64,000 nt of DNA from Candidatus Chisholmbacteria bacterium. Lineage in GTDB: Bacteria; Patescibacteriota; Microgenomatia; UBA1400; Chisholmbacteraceae. The position numbers and the translations under genes are program-made. Shown here in pieces: positions 1 to 9,760 of the stretch (its first letter is position 1; each line of letters begins with the position of its first letter). The notes under the pieces were generated by a model that did no database searches, was not told the origin of the DNA, and worked only from the letters and a program-made list of their open reading frames with translations. Where the stretch lies: positions 515,438 through 579,437 of the forward strand of contig CAVPHZ010000001.1 in assembly GCA_963704905.1 (NCBI GenBank). The letters are read 5' to 3'.

Positions 1-5
1 CAGGC

Positions 6-1139
6 ATGGAGTGGTTAGGAATTCTTATCTATGAAGACCCGATACGAGTGGGTGTGGCGACGGCATTAGAGGAGGCAAAAAAAGCTGGTATTTCAGTAAA
101 AGTTATCACCGGAGACTATCGTGCTACTGCTGAAGGTGTGTTAGAACAACTCGGAATACTTACTCAGAAAATGAAACTTTCATCTCATCAACCTCTTGTA
201 ATGGATGGTTCAGAGCTTGATCAGCTGAGCATTGATGAGCTTCGAAGCCGCGTCACAGACACCGTACTCTTTGTTCGCACTGATCCGACTCAGAAGCTAA
301 AGATTGTTGAAGCACTACAAGCAAATGGTGAGGTTGTTGCGATGACGGGGGATGGAGTGAATGATGCACCGTCTCTAAAACGAGCTGATATTGGGATTGT
401 TGTCTCAAGCTCTTCAGATGTCGCTAAGGAGACTGCAGATATGGTTCTTTTGGATAATAACTTTGCAACTATTATCTCGGCGGTAGAGGAAGGACGGGGG
501 ATCTATGAGAATCTACGAAAAGTAATTTTGTATTTGCTTTCAGATGCGTTTGCAGAGGTTGTTCTAGTGATGAGCTCACTTTTGTTTAGGCTTCCTCTTC
601 CTGTAACGGCGGCTCAGATACTTTGGATTAACCTTGTTGATGATGGCCTTCCAAACCTGGCGCTTACCGTTGATCCGAAAGAGGCTGATTTGCTCAAGCG
701 GACTCCCAGAAAGCTAGACGAGCCACTTCTTGATAAAGAAATAAAAGTTCTAATGGTACTTATCTCGACATCGGCTGCCTTCGTAGTGTTAATTGTGTTT
801 GCTGTTTATTTTCAACTGAGTAGCATCGACCATGCACGGACAATGGCTTTTACCGGATTAGCAGTTAGTACGCTGATATATGTCTTTTCCACTCGAAGTT
901 TGCGGAACCCAGTCTGGAAAGAGGGATTCTTTGTAAACAAATGGCTGGTTGTTGCAGTGCTTGGTGGTTTTGGTTTACAACTTTCAGCTATCTATATACC
1001 TTTCTTGCAAGAATTCCTTGAGACAGTGCCCCTATCATTGGTAGATTGGATCGTCATATTTGGATCTGCGCTGGTAGTAGTAGCAGTTGTGGAGATTACA
1101 AAGTTCTTGTTCATAAAAAGTAAGCTATTGAACCACTAA
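6..1139 (+). CDS. Cation-transporting P-type ATPase (type II, Ca2+-like), C-terminal part; gene starts before the window
   Basis: DPIR, VITGD, MTGDGVNDAPSLKRADIG hinge motifs, QILWINLV and C-terminal TM helices. Confidence 0.92.
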   Translation: MEWLGILIYEDPIRVGVATALEEAKKAGISVKVITGDYRATAEGVLEQLGILTQKMKLSSHQPLVMDGSELDQLSIDELRSRVTDTVLFVRTDPTQKLKIVEALQANGEVVAMTGDGVNDAPSLKRADIGIVVSSSSDVAKETADMVLLDNNFATIISAVEEGRGIYENLRKVILYLLSDAFAEVVLVMSSLLFRLPLPVTAAQILWINLVDDGLPNLALTVDPKEADLLKRTPRKLDEPLLDKEIKVLMVLISTSAAFVVLIVFAVYFQLSSIDHARTMAFTGLAVSTLIYVFSTRSLRNPVWKEGFFVNKWLVVAVLGGFGLQLSAIYIPFLQEFLETVPLSLVDWIVIFGSALVVVAVVEITKFLFIKSKLLNH

Positions 1140-1228
1140 TCTGAAAGGGTAAATTTTCTGAATAGGTAATCAGAACTTGGCAACTGACCCTTCATTTATT
1201 AACGTGTTTTAATACATAATGGACTGAT

Positions 1229-2254
1229 ATGCTTGCAGGATACCTTGCACTATTAATTATTTTTGGATACTTGCTTATTCAAGCAACCTCTCACCTTGTC
1301 GACGAACTGCGAGAGATTGCTCAAATTACACAAATCGGTAAATTTGGTTTGACAGCGTTTTTACTGGCATTTGCGACAAGCCTACCCGAGCTAGTAGTAG
1401 GAATTGCTTCTGCAATCGAAGGTCGACCAGTGCTGTCGTTGGGAAATGTTTTAGGAAGCAATATCGCTGATATTTCGTTTGTTATGGGTGGTGTGGCTAT
1501 TGTTGGTGGTTCAATTCGTGTTTTGGGTGAATTTTTAACACGAGATTTATTTTCCACTTTTCTTGCAGGTTCGCTTCCGTTGCTTCTCTTGATTGATGGA
1601 GAACTATCAAGAATCGATGCTCTCGTACTCCTATCTGTATATGTTTGGTTCACATACACGGTTCTGGGGAAAAAGACAGAAGAGATTGTAGAATATCAAG
1701 AATCTGAAATTCCATTTATGCATCGAGTGTTTTTACGCCTACGACATACCAAGGTGCGTCGTCATTATGCAGTGTTGTTTTTCTGGGTCTTGGTGCTTCT
1801 GGTTTCTGCTGACATGTTGGTGCGAGTATCAACCGCAATTGCAGGAGGACTTGGAATTCCGGTTATTCTGATTGGCATGTTTTTTATTGCACTGGGCACA
1901 AGTCTACCTGAGTTTGCGTTCGAACTACGTGCATTGCGGAGTAATGAAACGGCGATGATTTTTGGCGATCTTTTGGGAAGTGTCGTAGCGAATTCTACGC
2001 TGGTGCTCGGTATCACATCGTTAATCCGGCCGATTGTTCTGGATGGGGGGTTCGCACCATATTTATTAGCCACGGTTGCATTTGTCGTCTTATTTGGCTT
2101 GTTTTGGATCTTTACGAGTACGAAGCGCACACTTGAGCGGTGGGAGGGAATTCTTCTTCTGCTTGTTTATATTGGTTTTATCTACTTGGAATTTTCCCGG
2201 CTGGGCGGATTTGATCCTGAACGGCTCATACACTCTTTCTTTTCAGGAAAATAA
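1229..2254 (+). CDS. Ca2+/cation antiporter, CaCA (YrbG-like) family
   Basis: Two alpha-repeats, ATSLPE...GNVLGSN and GTSLPE...GDLLGS; about 10 TM helices; follows the P-type ATPase. Confidence 0.88.
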   Translation: MLAGYLALLIIFGYLLIQATSHLVDELREIAQITQIGKFGLTAFLLAFATSLPELVVGIASAIEGRPVLSLGNVLGSNIADISFVMGGVAIVGGSIRVLGEFLTRDLFSTFLAGSLPLLLLIDGELSRIDALVLLSVYVWFTYTVLGKKTEEIVEYQESEIPFMHRVFLRLRHTKVRRHYAVLFFWVLVLLVSADMLVRVSTAIAGGLGIPVILIGMFFIALGTSLPEFAFELRALRSNETAMIFGDLLGSVVANSTLVLGITSLIRPIVLDGGFAPYLLATVAFVVLFGLFWIFTSTKRTLERWEGILLLLVYIGFIYLEFSRLGGFDPERLIHSFFSGK

Positions 2255-2269
2255 GGAATAAAGTTTCTG

Positions 2270-3157
2270 TCAGCCGAAATTTTTGTCTTCTTCTTTTCTG
2301 AAGAATTTAGCCAATATTCCAGATTTTGGTTTAATTTTTTCAACAGCTGAGCTGTTGTAGATCCAGTTTACAATTTTCCTTATTCGAGATGTTGATTGTT
2401 TATCCAAGAAATCGAAATAAGTTCCACCCTCCATCGGGTATAAATAGGATGCCTGTTCAATAGGAAGTTGGATTTTTCTGAGCCTTGCTAGTTCGATTAC
2501 CGCTAGGTTTCTGGCTGTTTTCAATGTTCCTTGTTTGCGAAGCCTTCTTAGAGAGTAGGTGTATCTCGGATCTTTCGAGACGATGAATTTCATCTTTTTT
2601 CGTACGGCTCTTCTTACTAGATCGCTCCCTTCACCCCAACCCAATGATTCGTCAAACCCTTTTAATTTCAAGAAAGAACTTTTTTTCGTGCATACACATG
2701 CCTCCAGCATGTATGGGTTATTCGTCTTTTTTTGAACTTCGTGGAATACGTTAGCAAGGGTTGCAAATGCTTGATCTTTTTTGTCTTTGGTATCGGCTTT
2801 GATCCAGGTTATAAGAATGTCTGGATCATATGCATCTACCCGATACTTTATTCCTTGAAAGTAATGTGAGGGAATTCTATTGTCAGCATCTGAGAAGATA
2901 ATCCAGTTGGTTGTTGCATGTTTTGCTCCAATATTTCGTTGATAGCCGACGTGTCTTTTTTTGCTGGTGATGATCTCAAATCCGAGGAATTTATGTTTAA
3001 ATTTTGTGGCATTTTCAACGGTTTTATCCTCAGAATGCCCATCAACGATGATTACTGAAAATGATGTGAATGTTTGTTTTGCGAGATCTTCTAATAATGT
3101 TGTAAGCGTTTTTTCTTCATTGAGCGTTGGAATGATGACGGTAAAAAATGGAGTCAT
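2270..3157 (-). CDS. Glycosyltransferase family 2
   Basis: VIIPTLNEE, IIVDGHSED, RNIGA and FSDAD (DxD) motifs. Confidence 0.9.
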   Translation of the reverse strand: MTPFFTVIIPTLNEEKTLTTLLEDLAKQTFTSFSVIIVDGHSEDKTVENATKFKHKFLGFEIITSKKRHVGYQRNIGAKHATTNWIIFSDADNRIPSHYFQGIKYRVDAYDPDILITWIKADTKDKKDQAFATLANVFHEVQKKTNNPYMLEACVCTKKSSFLKLKGFDESLGWGEGSDLVRRAVRKKMKFIVSKDPRYTYSLRRLRKQGTLKTARNLAVIELARLRKIQLPIEQASYLYPMEGGTYFDFLDKQSTSRIRKIVNWIYNSSAVEKIKPKSGILAKFFRKEEDKNFG

Positions 3158-3163
3158 ACTTAT

Positions 3164-4261
3164 TTATATATATCTATTGTACAGTTGAATATATTTTTTT
3201 GCTGTGTGGTTGATTGAGAATTGCTGCGCGTTTTTTAGGGCTGATTTTGAGAGTGACTTGAATGTCGTTGTATGTGCATATGTCTTCATAATTTGGCTGG
3301 CTGCACTTCTCATATTTCTGGACACGAAGAGCGAATTTGAAGAGTTAAGGAAATCGAGTACCCCTTTTTTTAGAATGATGGTTGGTAGACCACAGGCTTG
3401 GGCTTCAAGATACGTCAATGGCATAACTTCTGAGGTGGAGAGACTGATAAAAAAGTGATGCTTGCTGATTAATTTGGGGAGTTTATTTCGATCGATATTT
3501 CCAGTTACGTTTATGTTTTTTTCTAAGCCATTCTGAGCGATGGATTTTTTAAGCGTCTTTGCCAATGTTCCTGTTCCAGTTATTGTGAGTCTTACATTTG
3601 GCAATACTTTTTTAATGTTTACTATTAATTTAACCAGCTGAAGCGGATTTTTTTCAGGCTCGAGTCTGCCAACGAATATCAGACTTAACTGTTTATATTT
3701 AATTTTGCTGGGTTGAAAATCCAATACATTGATACCGTTTGGAATGATCGCTGTATTTAGTACTCCAATTTCGTTGAGTTTTGCTTCAACTTCTCTGGTT
3801 GGGCAAATCACTTTTGAACATTTTTTGGCCAGTCTCCTCACTCTACTTTTGATATATTTTTTTATAGTTCTGCTGGCAATTGGTATGTAATAGTCGGTGT
3901 AATTGTCATAATTCGTGTGGTGAGTAAAGAATAGAGGGGAGTTGAATTTTTTTGCCAACGTTTCAGATAGTTTTCCTACTATGAATGGGTGATGTGTGTG
4001 GATTATCTCTGGGTTGAAGTCAACGATTTTTTTCATTGATACTAGAGGAACGCCAACCGGGTAGTTGCTGGGAATAAATGGATTAGGAATTGATGGGAAG
4101 TTGATCACGTTCTCACTCATTTTTTTCGCTCTATGATTTTTTGGGGCAAGAATTCTTGTTGAGTGACCGAGTGCTTGCAGTTGATGACTGAGGAGCTGTG
4201 TTTGAATAGCGACCCCATTTGTGCTGGGAGGATAGGTTGCAGTGAGGAGGAGAATTCTCAT
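3164..4261 (-). CDS. Glycosyltransferase family 4 (GT-B)
   Basis: YPPSTNGVA, HTHHP, FVGRLEPEKN and SEVMPLTYLEAQACGLP motifs. Confidence 0.9.
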   Translation of the reverse strand: MRILLLTATYPPSTNGVAIQTQLLSHQLQALGHSTRILAPKNHRAKKMSENVINFPSIPNPFIPSNYPVGVPLVSMKKIVDFNPEIIHTHHPFIVGKLSETLAKKFNSPLFFTHHTNYDNYTDYYIPIASRTIKKYIKSRVRRLAKKCSKVICPTREVEAKLNEIGVLNTAIIPNGINVLDFQPSKIKYKQLSLIFVGRLEPEKNPLQLVKLIVNIKKVLPNVRLTITGTGTLAKTLKKSIAQNGLEKNINVTGNIDRNKLPKLISKHHFFISLSTSEVMPLTYLEAQACGLPTIILKKGVLDFLNSSNSLFVSRNMRSAASQIMKTYAHTTTFKSLSKSALKNAQQFSINHTAKKYIQLYNRYI

Positions 4262-4297
4262 TATTACTGTTATGATACTATAACCTCGATTTTAGTC

Positions 4298-5671
4298 ATG
4301 GCTATGAATATCATTGCTGATCTTCAACTCCACTCAAAATACTCGCGTGCGGTTTCGAAACATATGGATGTTTCTGAAATTATGATGTGGGCGAAAAAGA
4401 AAGGTATTGACTTGGTTGCAACTGGGGATTGGATGCATCCTATTTGGTTTCGTGAACTTCAGAATGATTTGGAAGAGTTGGACGAAGGTATTTTTGGCTA
4501 TAAAGGGGATAAGGACTCTGGTAGGAAGCGGGTAAAGTTTTTACTTTCAGCGGAAATCTCGAGTATTTATACGCAAGGTGGAAAAGGTCGTCGGGTGCAT
4601 ACATTGGTATTTTCTCCCAGTTTTTCAGTAGCGGAGAACATTAATACGGAGCTTGTAAAGCGGGGCTGTAATCTATCTTCTGATGGGCGGCCGATCGTTG
4701 GCTTGTCTGCGCAAGCAATCGCAGAGATCGCGCTCTCAATGAGTGATAGGTGTTTGGTTATTCCAGCACATGCATGGACTCCTTGGTTTAGTTTGTACGG
4801 ATCAAAGAGTGGTTTTGATTCTGTTGAAGAGTGTTTTGGGGAATATGCGAAGTACGTTTATGCGGTCGAGACGGGATTGTCCTCTGATCCTGCCATGAAT
4901 TGGAGGATTGATGATCTTTCGAGTCGAGCCATTGTTTCGTTTTCCGATGCACATTCGGGAGCAAAGTTGGGCAGAGAAGCAACCGTTTTTCAGGTGAAAA
5001 ACGAACCGACCAATGATCAATTATCAATGATCAATTTCTCATATAATGACATTTATTGGGCAATTGCTGAACGGTTTTTAGGAAAGAATGAAGGATCGCT
5101 CAAGATTTCGCACACAATTGAATTCCACCCAGAAGAAGGGAAGTATCATTACACAGGACATCGAAAGTGTCAGGTGATTCAGTCTCCTGAAGAAACTCGG
5201 AGAAAAGGAACTACCTGTCATGTTTGCGGACGTTCGCTTACCGTTGGTGTTATGAGTAGGGTTGAGGAGCTGGCTCGGAGTACTGTCGAACCACTGAAGA
5301 AAGTTGGCAAACATGGAGTAGTTAGTTATATTCACCCAAATGACAAAACCCGGCCAGGTTATGTGATGTTGGTGCCTCTTCTTGAGATCCTGTCTGAAGT
5401 TTATCAAGTAGGTGTGGGGAGCAAGAAAGTCAAAGGGGCATATGATCATCTTATCGCTCAACTGAGTAGTGAATTTCATGTCTTATTGCAGGCAGATCTC
5501 GGTGATATTTCTCGAGTTGGAGGAGAACGATTGGCTGAGGCGATTGAGAAAAACCGGACTGATACGATATCAATTCAACCAGGTTATGACGGAGTATTTG
5601 GAACGGTGAAGATGTGGCCTTCTTTAGCTCAAGCTACGGAGGCTAGAGATGAGCAGATTAGTTTGTTTTAA
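4298..5671 (+). CDS. Endonuclease Q family PHP-domain nuclease with Zn finger
   Basis: DLQLHSKYSRA, ATGD, PAHAWTPWFS, ETGLSSDP, SDAHS, GKYHYTGHRKC...CHVCG, PGYDGVFG. Start moved to ATG 4298 (or 4304) because the track's 4163 start overlaps the divergent GT4 gene. Confidence 0.85.
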   Translation: MAMNIIADLQLHSKYSRAVSKHMDVSEIMMWAKKKGIDLVATGDWMHPIWFRELQNDLEELDEGIFGYKGDKDSGRKRVKFLLSAEISSIYTQGGKGRRVHTLVFSPSFSVAENINTELVKRGCNLSSDGRPIVGLSAQAIAEIALSMSDRCLVIPAHAWTPWFSLYGSKSGFDSVEECFGEYAKYVYAVETGLSSDPAMNWRIDDLSSRAIVSFSDAHSGAKLGREATVFQVKNEPTNDQLSMINFSYNDIYWAIAERFLGKNEGSLKISHTIEFHPEEGKYHYTGHRKCQVIQSPEETRRKGTTCHVCGRSLTVGVMSRVEELARSTVEPLKKVGKHGVVSYIHPNDKTRPGYVMLVPLLEILSEVYQVGVGSKKVKGAYDHLIAQLSSEFHVLLQADLGDISRVGGERLAEAIEKNRTDTISIQPGYDGVFGTVKMWPSLAQATEARDEQISLF

Positions 5672-5676
5672 GTTCA

Positions 5677-5706
5677 TTGACACTCAAGAGGACCTGATGG
5701 TAGAGT
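5677..5706 (+). promoter_or_regulatory. Sigma70-type promoter
   Basis: TTGACA (5677-5682), 18 bp, TAGAGT (5701-5706). Confidence 0.55.
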
Positions 5707-5758
5707 GTGATTGTCATTGTTTGTCAATTCTTCAAATCTGAAAGGTGGTGAGTTCATT

Positions 5759-6112
5759 TTGGCTGAAAAAGAAACTTCAACATCAGGCGCTGACATGCCT
5801 TCAAACACAGCAGGTGCGTTAGCATATGTGCTCGGTTTGATTACTGGAGTTGTTATGCTTGCAATACGTCGAAATGATGAGTTTGTTCATTTCCATGCGG
5901 TCCAATCGGTCGGGCTTTCTGTTGTGTGGGTGGCTGGTTGGCTCTTGTTGACGGTTATCCCAGTTATTGGATGGATCCTTCTTCCTTTTTGGGGTCTACT
6001 TATGTTTGTCTTTTGGCTTGTATCAATTGTTAAAGCATTTCAGGGAGAGAAGTTCGAGCTACCAGTTATTGGAGCAACGATCCAACGAGTTGGGAAGCAG
6101 GTAGGTCTCTAG
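5759..6112 (+). CDS. DUF4870-like small membrane protein
   Basis: NTAGALAY, FVHFHAVQS, KAFQGEKFELPVIG; SD-like AAAGGTGGTGA before TTG 5759. Confidence 0.75.
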   Translation: MAEKETSTSGADMPSNTAGALAYVLGLITGVVMLAIRRNDEFVHFHAVQSVGLSVVWVAGWLLLTVIPVIGWILLPFWGLLMFVFWLVSIVKAFQGEKFELPVIGATIQRVGKQVGL

Positions 6113-6123
6113 AGAAGGCTACA

Positions 6124-6753
6124 ATGGTTTTTGCAGATCGAAGGCAAGCAGGGGAACTTCTAGCGGAGCATCTTTGGGAATATTCAAGTCGTGATGATGT
6201 TTTAGTGTTAGCCATTCCAAGAGGCGGTGTCTTAGTTGGTGCTGAGATTGCAAAGAAACTTAAGGTTGCTTTGGATGTGATTGTAACGAAGAAAATTGGT
6301 GCTCCCGATAATTCGGAACTGGCAATTGGAGCAGTTGCTGAAGACGGAGAACCAATATTTGCTCAGGATTTACTTCAGCGACTTCGAATAGAAACTACTT
6401 ATCTCAATACAGCCACTGCTGAAGTACATGAAAAGATACGCGAGCAGATACAGACGTTTCGGCATGGTCGTGAACTGAAGGTCGCTGATATGGTTGTGAT
6501 TGTTACTGACGATGGTGTTGCAACGGGTTCAACGGTTGAGGCAGCCTTACATTGGTTGCGGAGCAAGAACTCTCGAGAAATTATTTTAGCTATACCAACT
6601 GGTGCGCGAGATTCGATGGTTGAACTGGAGAAACTTTCCGATAAGACAATATGTTTAGATCAACCACGATGGTTTGCTGCAGTTGGGCAATTTTACCGAG
6701 AATTTTCTCAAGTCAGTAACAAAGAAGTCCAGCAACTCCTTCGAGACAGATAA
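6124..6753 (+). CDS. Type I phosphoribosyltransferase family protein
   Basis: FADRRQAG, AIPRGG, PRPP loop VIVTDDGVATGST, AVGQFY. Confidence 0.88.
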   Translation: MVFADRRQAGELLAEHLWEYSSRDDVLVLAIPRGGVLVGAEIAKKLKVALDVIVTKKIGAPDNSELAIGAVAEDGEPIFAQDLLQRLRIETTYLNTATAEVHEKIREQIQTFRHGRELKVADMVVIVTDDGVATGSTVEAALHWLRSKNSREIILAIPTGARDSMVELEKLSDKTICLDQPRWFAAVGQFYREFSQVSNKEVQQLLRDR

Positions 6754-6803
6754 TCAATTGACTGGTGATTATTTCTCACCCTTTGTTTGTTACAATTTGT
6801 TGA

Positions 6804-7586
6804 ATGGAAATACACCCTATTCGGACACGAGTTGTTCATCCTCCAAAAGATAATATTTTCGAAGTTATTGCTGAAAGTATTAGCACTATTGTTGAGCGAT
6901 CTATATTGGTTATTACAAGTAAAGTGATTTCAATACACCAAGGTAGGTGTGTTCCAGCGTCAAATATTGATCGAGACGATCTTGCTATCAGAGAAGCTGA
7001 TTGGTTTCTGCCAAGGAAATATGTTCCTGGTAGGCATATCCTGCTTACGCTTAAGTATCATAGTTGGGTTGCGTCGTCGGGTATTGATGCCTCAAACGGA
7101 AATGGTTATTGGATTCTTTGGCCCAAGGATCCAATGAAACTCGCTCGGGAGTTGTACGACTTTGTTCAAAAGCACTTTCATGTAAAAGAATTTGGTGTTC
7201 TTATTTGTGATAGTCACTCGATACCATTTCGTCGAGGGACAGTGGGTTTTAGTCTGGCACACTGTGGTTTTAGTCCAGTTCGAGATTATCGAGGGAGTTT
7301 GGACATTTTTTCTGAACCTCTGAAGGTCACGATTTCTAATTATGTCGACGGGTTGGCTGCAGCAGCGGTTGTTGTTATGGGTGAGTCAGGAGAGCAGACT
7401 CCTCTTGCCCTCATCTCTGAACATACGCACATTCAATTTTCTGAAGACCCTCAAGAAATATCTGGCAATCCTCTCTTTCATGTTCCTTTGGAAGATGATT
7501 TGTACGCAGAACTTTTTACTGGAAAGGCATGGAAAAAGGGAAGTGGGGGTATTTCAGAGAAGGAGATTAGAGAATTGAAAGAATAG
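6804..7586 (+). CDS. CofE-like (F420:gamma-glutamyl ligase family) protein
   Basis: ITSKVISIHQG, SGIDASN, ICDS, RDYRGSLDIF, VMGESGEQTP. Confidence 0.8.
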   Translation: MEIHPIRTRVVHPPKDNIFEVIAESISTIVERSILVITSKVISIHQGRCVPASNIDRDDLAIREADWFLPRKYVPGRHILLTLKYHSWVASSGIDASNGNGYWILWPKDPMKLARELYDFVQKHFHVKEFGVLICDSHSIPFRRGTVGFSLAHCGFSPVRDYRGSLDIFSEPLKVTISNYVDGLAAAAVVVMGESGEQTPLALISEHTHIQFSEDPQEISGNPLFHVPLEDDLYAELFTGKAWKKGSGGISEKEIRELKE

Positions 7587-7602
7587 TAGAATATTTAACA
7601 CA

Positions 7603-8133
7603 ATGATGAAACTCGTCGTAGGGCTTGGAAATCCAGGAGCAGAGTTTAAAGAAGCTCGACACAATGTTGGGTTTATGGTTTTGGCCCGGCTAAATACAAA
7701 GAGGTGGGCGAAGAGCAAAAGCGGATTGCTTCAATATGCACATCAGACTATTGGTAATAAAAAGATTGAGTTTATTAGACCTTTAACGTTTATGAATCGA
7801 TCTGGAGAAGCGGTATCGTATGTCGTAAAAAAGCATGACATTGCACTTGATGATGTTTGGGTCGTTCATGATGATTTGGATATTGCTCTGGGAAGCTACA
7901 AGGTCCAATTTGGAAAGGGGCCGAGAGTACATCATGGCCTGCAGTCAATCTATGATCAATTAGGGTCGAAAGAATTTTGGCATGTTCGGGTTGGTATTGA
8001 GAATCGTGATACTATTAAACTCATATCTGGAAAAACGTATGTACTGCAACGCTTTTCTCGGGAAGAAAAAGTAGTCATTGCGAAAGTGATTTTTGAAGTT
8101 GCATCTACCCTTCTTGAACGAGTAGTTGACTGA
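7603..8133 (+). CDS. pth: Peptidyl-tRNA hydrolase
   Basis: GLGNPG, RHNVGF, TFMNRSG, HDDLD, HHGL, RVGI. Confidence 0.95.
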   Translation: MMKLVVGLGNPGAEFKEARHNVGFMVLARLNTKRWAKSKSGLLQYAHQTIGNKKIEFIRPLTFMNRSGEAVSYVVKKHDIALDDVWVVHDDLDIALGSYKVQFGKGPRVHHGLQSIYDQLGSKEFWHVRVGIENRDTIKLISGKTYVLQRFSREEKVVIAKVIFEVASTLLERVVD

Positions 8134-8189
8134 TGCCATTAATTATTACATGTTTACTTCACCTGTAGTCTTTCTTGTATTATTGATCT

Positions 8190-9404
8190 ATGCGTAGATA
8201 CGGAATCCATGATCTAGTCCATAGCTACTTTCACACCGGAATGCATCGCGATGGGATCCGGGCGATGTTTTGGGGGGTAGCATTACGGACATTTGCAGCT
8301 ACTTCAGTCGGTTTGTTTGTACCTATTTATGTTTATACTATTGGGATTGATCAGTTTGGCGGAACAGTTGTTTCTGGTTTGCGGATACTGATTCTGTTTC
8401 TTCTCATAGCACGGTTAAGTATTGTTGCACATAGTTTTGTTGTTGAACATATTATCGATAGAATTGGTTTTCGATGGACCTTACTTTTATCATCCATCGC
8501 TCTGCTTGTTAAATACCTCTTGCTTACATTTGCTGACTCGTCAATTGTTTTTTTATGGATAGCCGCAGTCGTTTCTGGCACTGTCACAACAACCTACTGG
8601 ATTTCAAGACACGCTTTGTTTGGGGAAGATCAAGATGTTACGCACGTTGGCTCTTCGTTGGGTTTATTAGTTGTGCTTTCGAGATTGGCGACCATTATTG
8701 GCCCAATTGTTGGGGGACTCATTGCGTCTTTTTTTGGATTTCACTGGTTATTTGCTCTCGGATTAGTGTTGGCAATTCTTTCTGCAATTCCGTATTTTTT
8801 CATGCATCATCATCATCGCCATCATCCGGATGGAGTAGCTGGTTTATTAGATAAAATTCTCGATCCAAAGAATTTTCCTCTCATAATCGGTTGGCTAGGG
8901 AGAAGTTGGGATGATACCTTGAATGTGGATTTCTTGCCGCTTTACATTTTCATCGTTCTTGGGGGAGTTGGGCAACTTGGAGCAATGTGGTCCTTGGTTG
9001 CTGTTGTCGCGATGATTGTGGGTTATATTTCTGGGCGAATGTTTGATAAAACAGAGCACAGAAAGCGGATATTTGTTATTGGATCTGGTTTAACAGCCCT
9101 TACATGGCCAATGATGGCATTGGCAAGAGGGTTTGGTAGTCTATTTTTTCTCAATAGCGCTCACACACTAGTGGGTTCTTTTTACTCAATTCCATTTTTG
9201 TCACAAGTTTACCGGTTTTCATTTAGACGTGATACGGTTGCATTTTTTGTTTTTCGTGAGATCATTTGGAGTGTTGGTGTACTTGTTCTGCTCCTTTTTG
9301 TGTTTTTAATGACATTTTCTTGGTCATGGACATTACTCTTTATTCTTGGCGGATTGGGTGTTTTCATTTCTATAAATTTGATTTCCTATCAAGGGTTCCA
9401 ATGA
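8190..9404 (+). CDS. MFS transporter
   Basis: About 12 TM helices, IDRIGFR motif-A-like loop, GPIVGG; His-rich central loop. Confidence 0.8.
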   Translation: MRRYGIHDLVHSYFHTGMHRDGIRAMFWGVALRTFAATSVGLFVPIYVYTIGIDQFGGTVVSGLRILILFLLIARLSIVAHSFVVEHIIDRIGFRWTLLLSSIALLVKYLLLTFADSSIVFLWIAAVVSGTVTTTYWISRHALFGEDQDVTHVGSSLGLLVVLSRLATIIGPIVGGLIASFFGFHWLFALGLVLAILSAIPYFFMHHHHRHHPDGVAGLLDKILDPKNFPLIIGWLGRSWDDTLNVDFLPLYIFIVLGGVGQLGAMWSLVAVVAMIVGYISGRMFDKTEHRKRIFVIGSGLTALTWPMMALARGFGSLFFLNSAHTLVGSFYSIPFLSQVYRFSFRRDTVAFFVFREIIWSVGVLVLLLFVFLMTFSWSWTLLFILGGLGVFISINLISYQGFQ

Positions 9405-9754
9405 GCAAGATAAAAAAACCACTTCAGAGAGACAAGAAATTGAAACAACCGTTTCAATCAATGAGTGATTTGCTTCTGAATTTTGACTTTGACAAGAAAA
9501 AGTACATTTCACAAGAGTTTCAGGATTATGGCTATCGATTGGCGATAGAACTTGGGGATGAGAAGAGTAAAAGTTTGTATATTAAACTTGCGAAAGAAAC
9601 TGATCGAAAGCTTCTTGAACTGGCACGAACCTTTGTAAAAGATGCGAGGAATGTGCGAAATAAAGGAAAGCTATTTATGTGGGCGCTGGCGAAGATTAAA
9701 CGCGGAGAACCTCTTTATGATGAGTCAGTTTTTGAGCAAGAAAAGAAGGAGTAA
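9401..9754 (+). CDS. Hypothetical protein
   Basis: ATGA overlap with the MFS stop; compact basic helical ORF (ISQEFQDYGYRLAIELGD...LFMW). Confidence 0.7.
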   Translation: MSKIKKPLQRDKKLKQPFQSMSDLLLNFDFDKKKYISQEFQDYGYRLAIELGDEKSKSLYIKLAKETDRKLLELARTFVKDARNVRNKGKLFMWALAKIKRGEPLYDESVFEQEKKE

Positions 9755-9760
9755 CCCTCG

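Noticed and set aside
4163-4297. Track's longer N-termini (4163, 9266, 15618, 17055, 23326, 25440)
   Set aside because: They overlap neighbouring genes or promoters; downstream ATGs fit family N-termini better.
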